Origin: a virus | Virus record (IMG/VR): IMGVR_UViG_3300027908_000004 | Direction: 5' to 3' (one strand) | Length of the DNA stretch: 64,000 nt | In this document: positions 8,468 to 15,256 of the stretch, piece by piece | How positions within the stretch are numbered: position 1 is the stretch's first letter | Layout of the letters: each line of letters begins with the position of its first letter | The notes under the pieces: generated by a model | Database searches by the model: none | What the model saw: only the letters and a program-made list of their open reading frames with translations | Told to the model about the DNA's origin: nothing | Translations under genes and position numbers: made by a program

Positions 8468-8746
8468 ATGCCTCGTGGATTTATTAGGTACAAGGCCTAC
8501 CCCTTCCAGGAGAAGGACCCCATCCTTAGTGTTCTGTGGGCCATCAAGCGGAACCAGAAAATCAAGGACAGCGAGATCAAAGCCGCTGGAGGCCCGGCTA
8601 CGGGTACCCTGCGCAATTGGTGGCCGGATGGAAAAACCCGCAGGCCGCAGTTCGCTACAGTAGCGGCGGCTGCTATCGCCATGGGGCTGTCAGATTTGCC
8701 CATTACTTCTGAGGGCAGGCAGAAACTGAAAAATAAGTTCGGCTAG
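8468..8746 (+). CDS. hypothetical protein (92 aa)
   Basis: ORF track entry, preceded by a cassette copy. Confidence 0.55.
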   Translation: MPRGFIRYKAYPFQEKDPILSVLWAIKRNQKIKDSEIKAAGGPATGTLRNWWPDGKTRRPQFATVAAAAIAMGLSDLPITSEGRQKLKNKFG

Positions 8747-8849
8747 ACAAACGAACCCTTCTTGACAGAAGGGTTCCCACCCACTAGCAGAAACTCTGTT
8801 AGATACCACCGCATCCTATAGAAAGGATGCCAACAGTAGAGCAGAGTTT

Positions 8850-9293
8850 ATGGCAGACGTAGTAACAGAAGTTGAAGAGAGCCGCCCGGCCAAACCCAAG
8901 CGGGCGGCTAAGGCTAACGGGCAAGCCCCTGTAAAGGCCGCTGGTAAGGGTGCAGCCAAAACAGTCAAGGCTAAGGCTGGCGCTGAAAACGCACCCAAGG
9001 CCACGGCAAGCCCAGCAAAAGGCATGTCAAAGGCTAAGGGTACCAAAGCCAAGCCTAAAATGGTTGAAAAGGACCAATTTGGCTTACGCAAGGGGAGTAC
9101 CAAGTCACGGGCTGCAATGCTCTATGCCCGCAAATCAGGCGCTACCCTAGCGGAAGTCAAAAACGTGCTCGGTACCGTGCAGCTTAACGTCCTTGTTGGG
9201 CTGGAAGCTGATGGTTACCGGGTAACCCGTGAGTCTGAAAAGCGGGATGGCAAACGCCCCGTCACCCGCTACAGGCTTTTCCCCAAAACCTGA
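8850..9293 (+). CDS. Lys/Ala-rich histone-H1-like DNA-binding protein (147 aa)
   Basis: The N-terminal 70 aa are AKP-rich low complexity (KPKRAAKANGQAPVKAAGKGAAKTVKAKAG...). The C-terminal part is globular. An intrinsic terminator follows the gene. Confidence 0.5.
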   Translation: MADVVTEVEESRPAKPKRAAKANGQAPVKAAGKGAAKTVKAKAGAENAPKATASPAKGMSKAKGTKAKPKMVEKDQFGLRKGSTKSRAAMLYARKSGATLAEVKNVLGTVQLNVLVGLEADGYRVTRESEKRDGKRPVTRYRLFPKT

Positions 9294-9343
9294 TTGGATG
9301 GCGTCTTGGGCACCTGCGTGCAGGTTCCTACGTCCATCTGATA

Positions 9344-9384
9344 CCCCGCCGCACCTGCCCGGTAGCGGCGGGGTTTTTGTCTTT
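9344..9384 (+). terminator. rho-independent terminator
   Basis: Stem CCCCGCCGC 9344-9352 / GCGGCGGGG 9365-9373, followed by TTTTTGTCTTT. Confidence 0.65.
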
Positions 9385-9394
9385 GGAGGCTGCA

Positions 9395-9631
9395 ATGGCC
9401 ATTGGGTTCCGTCTTAGGTTACAAGATTGGTATAAGGAAGGAAAGCCTCTTCCCGGATATGAATACATGAATGGCGGCCCATACCTTGCTTGGTTATTGG
9501 GCAAATCCAAAAGCCCATCACACTATGATGTAGGGGATTTCCCCCTGCTTGAAGAAAGCAATCCAGCCTTGGAAGGGCCAAACGGCTGGACGGTGCTCCA
9601 AATGCTAATTGCCAGAAAGGGCTTAAAATGA
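9395..9631 (+). CDS. small protein, GPNG-tail paralog family
   Basis: ATG 9395 has GGAGG 6 nt upstream. C-terminal LEGPNGWTVLQMLIARKG matches the family tail. Confidence 0.55.
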   Translation: MAIGFRLRLQDWYKEGKPLPGYEYMNGGPYLAWLLGKSKSPSHYDVGDFPLLEESNPALEGPNGWTVLQMLIARKGLK

Positions 9632-9972
9632 AGGAAATAAGAGGGCGGCAGCACGTGTCGCACCGTAAAAGCAACCCCGCAGGAGGAAGCGTTGGCCTTC
9701 CTGACTTCCATACGTGGAAGGAGAGGGATACCTATTTTGCTGAGCACGCTGAGTATTTCACAACTGTGAAAAAAGATGGTGTCGGCCATTACGACCGCGA
9801 TGATCATAAAACGCTTGCGCAGGCTGAGGCCGCCGTTAAACTTAAGCAAAACGTAGGAGGGGGAAATTATTTGATCTATGCGGTCATAGGAGAACAGTCA
9901 GCTTTGGTCAAACCCATGCCTTACCAACCTAAGAGGGACAATGCCCAAACCAGCCAACATACTGATACATGA
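9628..9972 (+). CDS. hypothetical protein (114 aa)
   Basis: ORF track entry. ATGA overlap with the upstream gene. Confidence 0.5.
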   Translation: MKEIRGRQHVSHRKSNPAGGSVGLPDFHTWKERDTYFAEHAEYFTTVKKDGVGHYDRDDHKTLAQAEAAVKLKQNVGGGNYLIYAVIGEQSALVKPMPYQPKRDNAQTSQHTDT

Positions 9973-10147
9973 ATTTGATCCAGCCATCCAATCTGTTACA
10001 GATGATGATGGTGATGAAGTTCTAGGGTTCTACTATGAGTTCATAGATGAAAATGAAACCCCAATTGGCTACATGATTGGCCCCTACAGGGACGGCCCTT
10101 CTGCTGAAAAGGCTGCCCTGAGGGCATGGAAATTGAACGACTTCTAA
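9941..10147 (+). CDS. hypothetical acidic protein (68 aa)
   Basis: ORF track entry. Overlaps the upstream gene by 32 nt. Only a weak resemblance to the family tail (MIGPYRDGPSAEKAALRAWK). Confidence 0.4.
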   Translation: MPKPANILIHEFDPAIQSVTDDDGDEVLGFYYEFIDENETPIGYMIGPYRDGPSAEKAALRAWKLNDF

Positions 10148-10372
10148 AGTTCCGTTTGACTTCTGAAAATGCTTTAACCTACCGTGCGCTGGCTCGGGTG
10201 TAACAAAGGGTGATCTCCTCACAGCCGTGGTAGCAACGGGTGAATAATTCAAGGGAAGTTTCGGGGCTTTGTTACACAAAGGGCAATCATCCCTGTGAAA
10301 ACTTCCAAGCTATCGATTTGACGCCGCTATAAGCCCCCAAATTCCCCCTTGGGGCCTGCCGCGTCGAAGAGC

Positions 10373-10420
10373 GGGCCGTTGAGTTTAGGATCTCCTCCTG
10401 TTTCTCAACGGCCCGTACTT
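10373..10420 (+). ncRNA. hairpin with anti-RBS loop in the tRNA leader (candidate regulatory RNA element)
   Basis: Stem GGGCCGTTGAG 10373-10383 / CTCAACGGCCC 10404-10414. The 20-nt loop contains TCTCCTCCTGTT (10391-10402). Followed by GTACTTTTTCC, and the tRNA starts at 10429. Confidence 0.4.
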
Positions 10421-10428
10421 TTTCCATT

Positions 10429-10505
10429 GCACCCATAGCTCAACTGGATAGAGCAGTGGATTTCTAATCCACAGGTTGCTGGTTCGAATCCATCTGGGTG
10501 CGCCA
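10429..10505 (+). tRNA. tRNA-Arg (anticodon UCU), CCA encoded
   Basis: Manual cloverleaf: acceptor GCACCCA/TGGGTGC, D stem GCTC/GAGC, anticodon stem GTGGA/TCCAC with loop TTTCTAA, T arm GCTGG-TTCGAAT-CCATC (one C-T mismatch), discriminator G, CCA. Confidence 0.85.
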
Positions 10506-10522
10506 CCATAGAGGAACATCAC

Positions 10523-10849
10523 ATGCACAGACACGGTGAAGCAGCCGAGATAATTCTGGCTGCACAAAAACTCAAACAAGGGCACCACAAGAAGGTGTTG
10601 GGGGCTCTCTATGAAACAGCCCATGACAACGTGTATGTCGGCTTTGCGCGGCTGATGGACATAACCGGCTTTGATCGGGCGCTCGTCCGCAGGACAGTGC
10701 GTTTGCTGGCCCGTAGAGGGCTGGCTGAATACAGCAACGGGCTGTTTCATGACGACGGCACCGTAGCAGGGTCAGGGTACGCCATCACCATTCGGGGTAT
10801 AGATGTGTGGGAAATCCTAGAAGAGGGGCCAAACAATGCCCGTGATTGA
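10523..10849 (+). CDS. winged-helix-like DNA-binding protein (108 aa)
   Basis: ORF track entry. The segment ITGFDRALVRRTVRLLARRGLAEYS resembles a MarR/wHTH recognition region. Confidence 0.5.
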   Translation: MHRHGEAAEIILAAQKLKQGHHKKVLGALYETAHDNVYVGFARLMDITGFDRALVRRTVRLLARRGLAEYSNGLFHDDGTVAGSGYAITIRGIDVWEILEEGPNNARD

Positions 10850-11114
10850 TTACCCTACTTTTGAACGCGCAGGTAACAATTGGGATAAAGCTTGGGGAAT
10901 AGCCTGTGGTTATGTTTCGTGGGGTGGGCTATCCGGTAATGCAAACGGGCTTACCTACTTCTTGGGTGCCAATCCGCAAGCGCTAAAATGGGCTGATGTC
11001 GGACGTACCCTTGTTGAACTGCCTAATGAAGAAGTAAAGCGGAAGATGGAACTTCTTGCTGGCCCATACTACGAGACCATCATTAAGGCGTGGAAGGCCA
11101 TTCACGTCAAATAA
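10836..11114 (+). CDS. small protein, GPNG-tail family (diverged tail)
   Basis: C-terminal LLAGPYYETIIKAWKAIH. Confidence 0.5.
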   Translation: MPVIDYPTFERAGNNWDKAWGIACGYVSWGGLSGNANGLTYFLGANPQALKWADVGRTLVELPNEEVKRKMELLAGPYYETIIKAWKAIHVK

Positions 11115-11126
11115 GAGGAGCTAGAA

Positions 11127-11459
11127 ATGACCAAGATTTTGTATTCGCCGGGCTACGGTGCTGGATGGTCGACTTGGATGAGTGGTAGCCAGGAATTCAT
11201 CAAATGGGCATTGACCTATCAGCCCATAATTGACGCCTTAGAACGGGGCGAAAAGTTAAATCCTGAAGCTAAAAAGAAGCATCCGGCACTCGTTCGATTC
11301 CTCAAAGAATCGAAGGAGAAGTTTGGGGTCAAAGATCCCTACTTGGGCGGGGCAGGCCAACTCCAAGTCTACGAAGTTTCCGGTCCATTCAGGATAGATG
11401 AATATGACGGACGCGAGTCGGTCATTGAGGCCTCCCAAGAGGCCTACATTAGCATCTGA
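11127..11459 (+). CDS. hypothetical protein (110 aa)
   Basis: ORF track entry. RBS GAGGAG upstream. Confidence 0.55.
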   Translation: MTKILYSPGYGAGWSTWMSGSQEFIKWALTYQPIIDALERGEKLNPEAKKKHPALVRFLKESKEKFGVKDPYLGGAGQLQVYEVSGPFRIDEYDGRESVIEASQEAYISI

Positions 11460-11500
11460 CTAGTTCAAATAAGAACTGTTTGAAATCTTTGAATTTGTCA

Positions 11501-11543
11501 GTTACAAAGGAAAAAGGCCGCCCCAGCGTGAACCGGAGCGGCC
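11501..11543 (-). terminator. rho-independent terminator oriented for minus-strand transcripts
   Basis: Stem GGCCGC 11516-11521 / GCGGCC 11538-11543. On the minus strand the stem is followed by TTTTTCCTTTGT. There is no T-run on the plus-strand side. Confidence 0.5.
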
Positions 11544-11877
11544 TGTCAGAATACTTGTTCAGAGCAAGATTCTGGAATTCGCTGCTGCCGCAGCTAGGGA
11601 TTGAATAACCCAACCTTCGGCGCACGTCCAGAGCCTTCTGAAGCAAATATGCTGGCCATAGCCAGCTCGTTGTATGAGCCGACACCATGGGCAAGACCGT
11701 GGGTGCAAGCGCGGAAGGGCATCCGTCAGTAAAACTCAAGGCTTCGCGCTGTGAAGCGCCAGTTGCCAGGAGAAGGCTCCGGGTTGCCCCGTCCTTCAGG
11801 CAGTTACTTCCACGATGGTTCTTGGAAGTAGCACACGCCAGCGCCAGTGCGAGACATGCCGCCAGCCAGACCCCGGC

Positions 11878-11893
11878 CACTTCCTAGGAAGTG
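11878..11893. promoter_or_regulatory. perfect 16-bp palindrome, candidate operator
   Basis: CACTTCCTAGGAAGTG. The same ACTTCC/GGAAGT half-sites recur as TACTTCCA-N10-TGGAAGTA at 11805-11830. Confidence 0.35.
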
Positions 11894-12050
11894 TAATGTT
11901 CTTGAACCATCAACCCGGCTCCGTTGTTCATGCCGTATTAGCTTCTGCTCTAGGGATTTCTGTTCTACTAAGAAGTCCCTAGCTAAAGCTATTCCCTCAC
12001 CGTTGTTCATGCTATATATCAATGTTCTCTGCTGTTTCTGGGTATTTCTA

Positions 12051-12230
12051 ATGAAAAAACAGGAAATGAAGGCATTAACCGAACAATGGCTGGCTAAACA
12101 TGATCCAATTAAGAAATTTAAACAATCTCCACGCTATAAGAACCGTCAGAAGCAGAAATTAGGCTGGATAAAGGCTTCTAAACAGAAGAAATACCAAGAT
12201 TTGGTTCTTAGACGGAAAGGTCTGAAATAA
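12051..12230 (+). CDS. 59-aa highly basic protein (uncertain)
   Basis: Distal part of track ORF 11847..12230, starting at ATG 12051 (MKKQEMKALTEQWLAKHDP...). No clear SD sequence. Confidence 0.35.
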   Translation: MKKQEMKALTEQWLAKHDPIKKFKQSPRYKNRQKQKLGWIKASKQKKYQDLVLRRKGLK

Positions 12231-12231
12231 A

Positions 12232-12432
12232 ATGAGAACTAAAGAAGGTTATAAGCCATGTGTTTGTGTGTTGTGCACCAAACTACGTGCAATCCCTGGG
12301 ATAGAACTAAACCAGGAGCTGGAAGATTCCATTGCTGAATTTCTGAACCGGAAAGGTTTGGCAGGCGCAGATGGCTACGCACTTCCATTGGTTCTGGCAT
12401 ATCTCATCAACCTTGGACACGGACCCAAATGA
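12232..12432 (+). CDS. GPNG-tail family, CxCxxC subtype
   Basis: N-terminal PCVCVLC. Diverged tail LAGADGYALPLVLAYLINLG. Confidence 0.6.
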   Translation: MRTKEGYKPCVCVLCTKLRAIPGIELNQELEDSIAEFLNRKGLAGADGYALPLVLAYLINLGHGPK

Positions 12433-12626
12433 ATCCAGATAAAGAAATACCCAAATTTGTATATGGATGTGAGTGCGTTTGGTGCCTAGTAACCAGGGAT
12501 TTGGGGTTAACCGAGGACGAGTTGCATCACTTAATTGCTGAAGATAGAGGGTTCTTGGAGAGGTTGGCGGGGCCTAATGGCCACACACTTCTTCAAATCT
12601 ACAGAATCAGGAAAGGAAAAACCTAA
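12429..12626 (+). CDS. GPNG-tail family, CxCxxC subtype
   Basis: GCECVWC. Tail LAGPNGHTLLQIYRIRKG. ATGA overlap with the upstream gene. Confidence 0.65.
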   Translation: MNPDKEIPKFVYGCECVWCLVTRDLGLTEDELHHLIAEDRGFLERLAGPNGHTLLQIYRIRKGKT

Positions 12627-12815
12627 ATGAGCATGTTCGGTGGCTGTACTTGCCCTCTGTGCCAGAAAATGGCCCCAATGACCACAAAACTTACCCAAAC
12701 TGAAAAGACCAATCTGGAACTAGCCCTCAATACGCGGCCTGAATTGTATAAGCTGTTTGCAGGGCCGCATGGGGAGGCGCTGCTGCGGGCCTATCTGATC
12801 AAGCACGGAGATTAG
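12627..12815 (+). CDS. GPNG-tail family, CxCxxC subtype
   Basis: GCTCPLC. Tail FAGPHGEALLRAYLIKHG. Confidence 0.65.
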   Translation: MSMFGGCTCPLCQKMAPMTTKLTQTEKTNLELALNTRPELYKLFAGPHGEALLRAYLIKHGD

Positions 12816-12818
12816 GCC

Positions 12819-13043
12819 ATGTGCTGGTATTGTGAGGCAAGAGAAAGAATCAGAGGCACCAATCAGTACAGCTTGGAGGAATCCTATAAGTGTCAATCTT
12901 ATCTCCGTGAGGCAAGCAGTAATCCAAGTGAGCCTTGGCCGCTATATGTCCCCGCTGCCGTTGAAGATTTACTTGCCAAATTAATTGGCCCCAACGGCAG
13001 AACTATCTTTGCCATCCTTGAAATAAGGAACAAACCAGAATGA
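12819..13043 (+). CDS. GPNG-tail family, CxxC subtype
   Basis: MCWYC. Tail LIGPNGRTIFAILEIRNK. Confidence 0.65.
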   Translation: MCWYCEARERIRGTNQYSLEESYKCQSYLREASSNPSEPWPLYVPAAVEDLLAKLIGPNGRTIFAILEIRNKPE

Positions 13044-13588
13044 AGCTTTGGCAGGATTTTATCTATTGGCTGACTATTAGGCCCAGATTGGCCATGTTGA
13101 GGTGGCAGTTTCCGGATGTTGAGATAAGCCCTGCGGGATCACGCTATGTGTGTAACCCCCCAAGCCTGCTAACCGATGTTGATTTCTTGGTTTATACCGA
13201 GGCACCGATTGAGGCCGCGCTTATGGCATTGGGCTACAAAGAATCCCAATTCATAGAATATGCCAATTGCCATTTGCAAGGGTTAGAGTTCAAATCCTGG
13301 AGGAAGAAAAAGGTAAACCTGATAGTGTCTTCCTCTAGGTTGTTTTCTGATTGCTACAACGTAGCCACCCACATCTGTAAAACCTATAATTTGCGATATA
13401 AGCACCACAGAGTGTTAGTGCATGAAGTGGTCAGGAACCCAACTGCCAACATTGTGATGCTAGACTCCATCTATGAGGATTTTGATCCGGGAGTTAAGAA
13501 TCTATTACGCACTTTAACTGGGCCACACGCCGCAACCATGCGCGAAGCCTACAAAGCCAAACACATGAGCAATCAGGAGTCACCATGA
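13040..13588 (+). CDS. GPNG-tail family member with larger N-terminal domain (possible minimal nucleotidyltransferase signature)
   Basis: Tail LTGPHAATMREAYKAKH. The N-terminal AGSRYVCNPPSLLTDVDFLV fits a GS-x11-DxD Pol-beta-type NTase pattern. That NTase call is weak and rests on the motif alone. Confidence 0.55.
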   Translation: MKLWQDFIYWLTIRPRLAMLRWQFPDVEISPAGSRYVCNPPSLLTDVDFLVYTEAPIEAALMALGYKESQFIEYANCHLQGLEFKSWRKKKVNLIVSSSRLFSDCYNVATHICKTYNLRYKHHRVLVHEVVRNPTANIVMLDSIYEDFDPGVKNLLRTLTGPHAATMREAYKAKHMSNQESP

Positions 13589-13866
13589 CCACTGAGGAAT
13601 TCGCAGGATATTACCGGCCAGCGGTGTACAATTTCCTGAAATTAGGCCTTGTTCGGGTAAGTGACAATGCTGATCAGTATCGTCCCTATCGTGACATGGA
13701 AAGGTTGCTGGGTTACCCAATTTTCAGCACATGGCAAGGTCAGACGGCAGAACTAGACAAGCCTATGGATGCCGCGACAAAGAACTTGTTAGGGCTTTTG
13801 GTAGGTCCACATGCGGTTACCATCTTGAAGGCCTATCAGGCAAAGAAGGGGATTAAAAATGACTGA
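13585..13866 (+). CDS. GPNG-tail family, YW-PAR subtype
   Basis: N-terminal AGYYRPAVYNF. Middle LLGYPIF. Tail LVGPHAVTILKAYQAKKG. Confidence 0.65.
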   Translation: MTTEEFAGYYRPAVYNFLKLGLVRVSDNADQYRPYRDMERLLGYPIFSTWQGQTAELDKPMDAATKNLLGLLVGPHAVTILKAYQAKKGIKND

Positions 13867-14161
13867 GGCAGAGGGCAACCGATACTGGAAACCTGCCAGA
13901 TGCCGGGTTGCGTCAATATTACCTGATGAAGATTTAGACCCCGCTTATGGTGGTGCCAAAACGTTAGGGGGCTTGCTCGGCCTTAATTATTCCTATCCAG
14001 GAAAATGGCGCGACACTGAATTAACAGACGAGCTAAAAAACACACTGGAGCTGATAAACGGCCCAAACGGCCACGCAATCATAAAAATCCTACAACTACG
14101 ACAGCAGGGAGAGACACTTGAAGAAAAACATCTACAAGATATTGGGGGAGCTAGTAGCTGA
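13859..14161 (+). CDS. GPNG-tail family, YW-PAR subtype
   Basis: NRYWKPARCRV. LGGLLGLNYSYP. Tail LINGPNGHAIIKILQLRQQG. Confidence 0.65.
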   Translation: MTEAEGNRYWKPARCRVASILPDEDLDPAYGGAKTLGGLLGLNYSYPGKWRDTELTDELKNTLELINGPNGHAIIKILQLRQQGETLEEKHLQDIGGASS

Positions 14162-14342
14162 GAGACGCCAAAACCTCGGTATGACCCAACAAGAGCTGGC
14201 TGACGCACTTAAGATGAGCAGGCCAGCCATTATCAATATGGAAGCGGGCCGACAGCGCATCTTGGTGCACCGTCTGATGGAGCTGGAAACAGCCCTTTCC
14301 AACTATCCGCTCTATAAGACCCTCAGGAAGGAATGCAAATGA
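14118..14342 (+). CDS. XRE-family HTH transcriptional regulator
   Basis: LGMTQQELADALKMSRPAIINMEAGRQ is a classic HTH_3 segment. TTG start per the track. Overlaps the tail of the previous gene. Confidence 0.7.
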   Translation: MKKNIYKILGELVAERRQNLGMTQQELADALKMSRPAIINMEAGRQRILVHRLMELETALSNYPLYKTLRKECK

Positions 14343-14434
14343 TCAGTAGCAATGAAGTTGCATTCATCGCGGGGGCTGTGTTTGCGATTGGGTTTGGGAT
14401 GGCTCACTTCTTGATCTGGCTCAACAAGAAATGA
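14339..14434 (+). CDS. 31-aa single-pass membrane peptide (below track cutoff)
   Basis: Hand translation: MISSNEVAFIAGAVFAIGFGMAHFLIWLNKK. ATGA overlaps at both ends (14339-14342 and 14431-14434). Confidence 0.4.
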   Translation: MISSNEVAFIAGAVFAIGFGMAHFLIWLNKK

Positions 14435-14892
14435 CTAAAGATGAAATATTGGCGGCCCTGCCAAAACTCAAGCAGGCGGACTTAGAGGCCGTTCATGCCC
14501 TAGCGGGGCACTTGCTGGGGCTTGTGCCAGCCAATGCGGCTCAAGGGGGCGGCCCAGCGTTTGACGCATTGGTGACCGCCCTAGGCCTTTCAATGGCCTA
14601 TCAAACCCTCATGGGTACCAAGGCCGGGCAAATATTCAATAAACGGGTGCCAGAGCTGGTAAAATACCTAGATTCACACTTTGCCGGTTGGGATGACAAC
14701 AAACTGTCACAATTGGCCTTTTTACAATTCCTGTACGGGCTGATTATTACTGACCTAAAAGAAAGAAACGTCACGGCGTCAGTGGGTATGGTAATCAGTA
14801 ACATGAGCCGTATTCCGGAACTGCTGGAAAACGCTTTTCCGGGCTATCTCAGATCAGGTATGGGCGAGGTTATTTTGAGACAGTTTTCATGA
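14431..14892 (+). CDS. hypothetical protein (153 aa)
   Basis: ORF track entry. Translationally coupled on both sides. Confidence 0.6.
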   Translation: MTKDEILAALPKLKQADLEAVHALAGHLLGLVPANAAQGGGPAFDALVTALGLSMAYQTLMGTKAGQIFNKRVPELVKYLDSHFAGWDDNKLSQLAFLQFLYGLIITDLKERNVTASVGMVISNMSRIPELLENAFPGYLRSGMGEVILRQFS

Positions 14893-15062
14893 TCGAAGCG
14901 CTAATTCAACTGATCCGTAGATTTTTCAATTTCTGGAACTCTCCTCAACAGGCCGGATGCTGCCATCAATGGGATAATGGGATGGTGGACGATAATGGAA
15001 ATTTGAAGGTTTCATGTAAACGTCAGTGTGGTGCGTCCTATCTACTTGCACGGGAGCCCTGA
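14889..15062 (+). CDS. 57-aa Cys-rich protein (below track cutoff)
   Basis: Hand translation: MIEALIQLIRRFFNFWNSPQQAGCCHQWDNGMVDDNGNLKVSCKRQCGASYLLAREP. ATGA overlap with the upstream stop. Confidence 0.4.
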   Translation: MIEALIQLIRRFFNFWNSPQQAGCCHQWDNGMVDDNGNLKVSCKRQCGASYLLAREP

Positions 15063-15064
15063 TA

Positions 15065-15247
15065 ATGGAATTTCTAGTTCTTTTAGGTTGTTTGACAGCT
15101 ACTAGCTGCCCGCTTCAAGGCAGGGTTATTGAATTTAAGATTCATGCAACTTCGGTGGCTAATTGCAAATCCATTGTTGCCAAGGGCATTATCGATCACG
15201 GCTATAAGCCCGCTACTTTTAATGTTCGGTGCCTGCCCAATAAATAA
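15065..15247 (+). CDS. 60-aa possible lipoprotein
   Basis: MEFLVLLGC has a lipobox-like LLGC. The n-region is very short and uncharged, so the signal is weak. Alternative GTG start at 15026. Confidence 0.4.
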   Translation: MEFLVLLGCLTATSCPLQGRVIEFKIHATSVANCKSIVAKGIIDHGYKPATFNVRCLPNK

Positions 15248-15256
15248 GGTTTTCCT

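Noticed and set aside
10385-10750. 121-aa minus-strand ORF
   Set aside because: It runs antisense across tRNA-Arg and the 5' part of the 108-aa plus-strand gene. It has no RBS. On the minus strand the AACAGGAGGAGA motif has no start codon at a workable distance.
11449-11880. 143-aa minus-strand ORF with a lipoprotein-like N-terminus (MAGVWLAACLALALAC)
   Set aside because: There is no usable SD sequence; AGGAA abuts the GTG start directly. The composition is Cys/Arg/Ser-rich. The reading frame runs straight through the intrinsic-terminator hairpin at 11516-11543. The region is treated as non-coding and flagged as a finding instead.
11460-12050. Possible tmRNA, RNase P RNA or cobalamin riboswitch
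   Set aside because: I looked by eye for a T-arm GGTTCGAATCC plus CCA end, the GAGGAAAGTCC and ACAGAA-type RNase P blocks, and a B12 box. None was found on either strand. An Infernal scan would still be needed to be sure.
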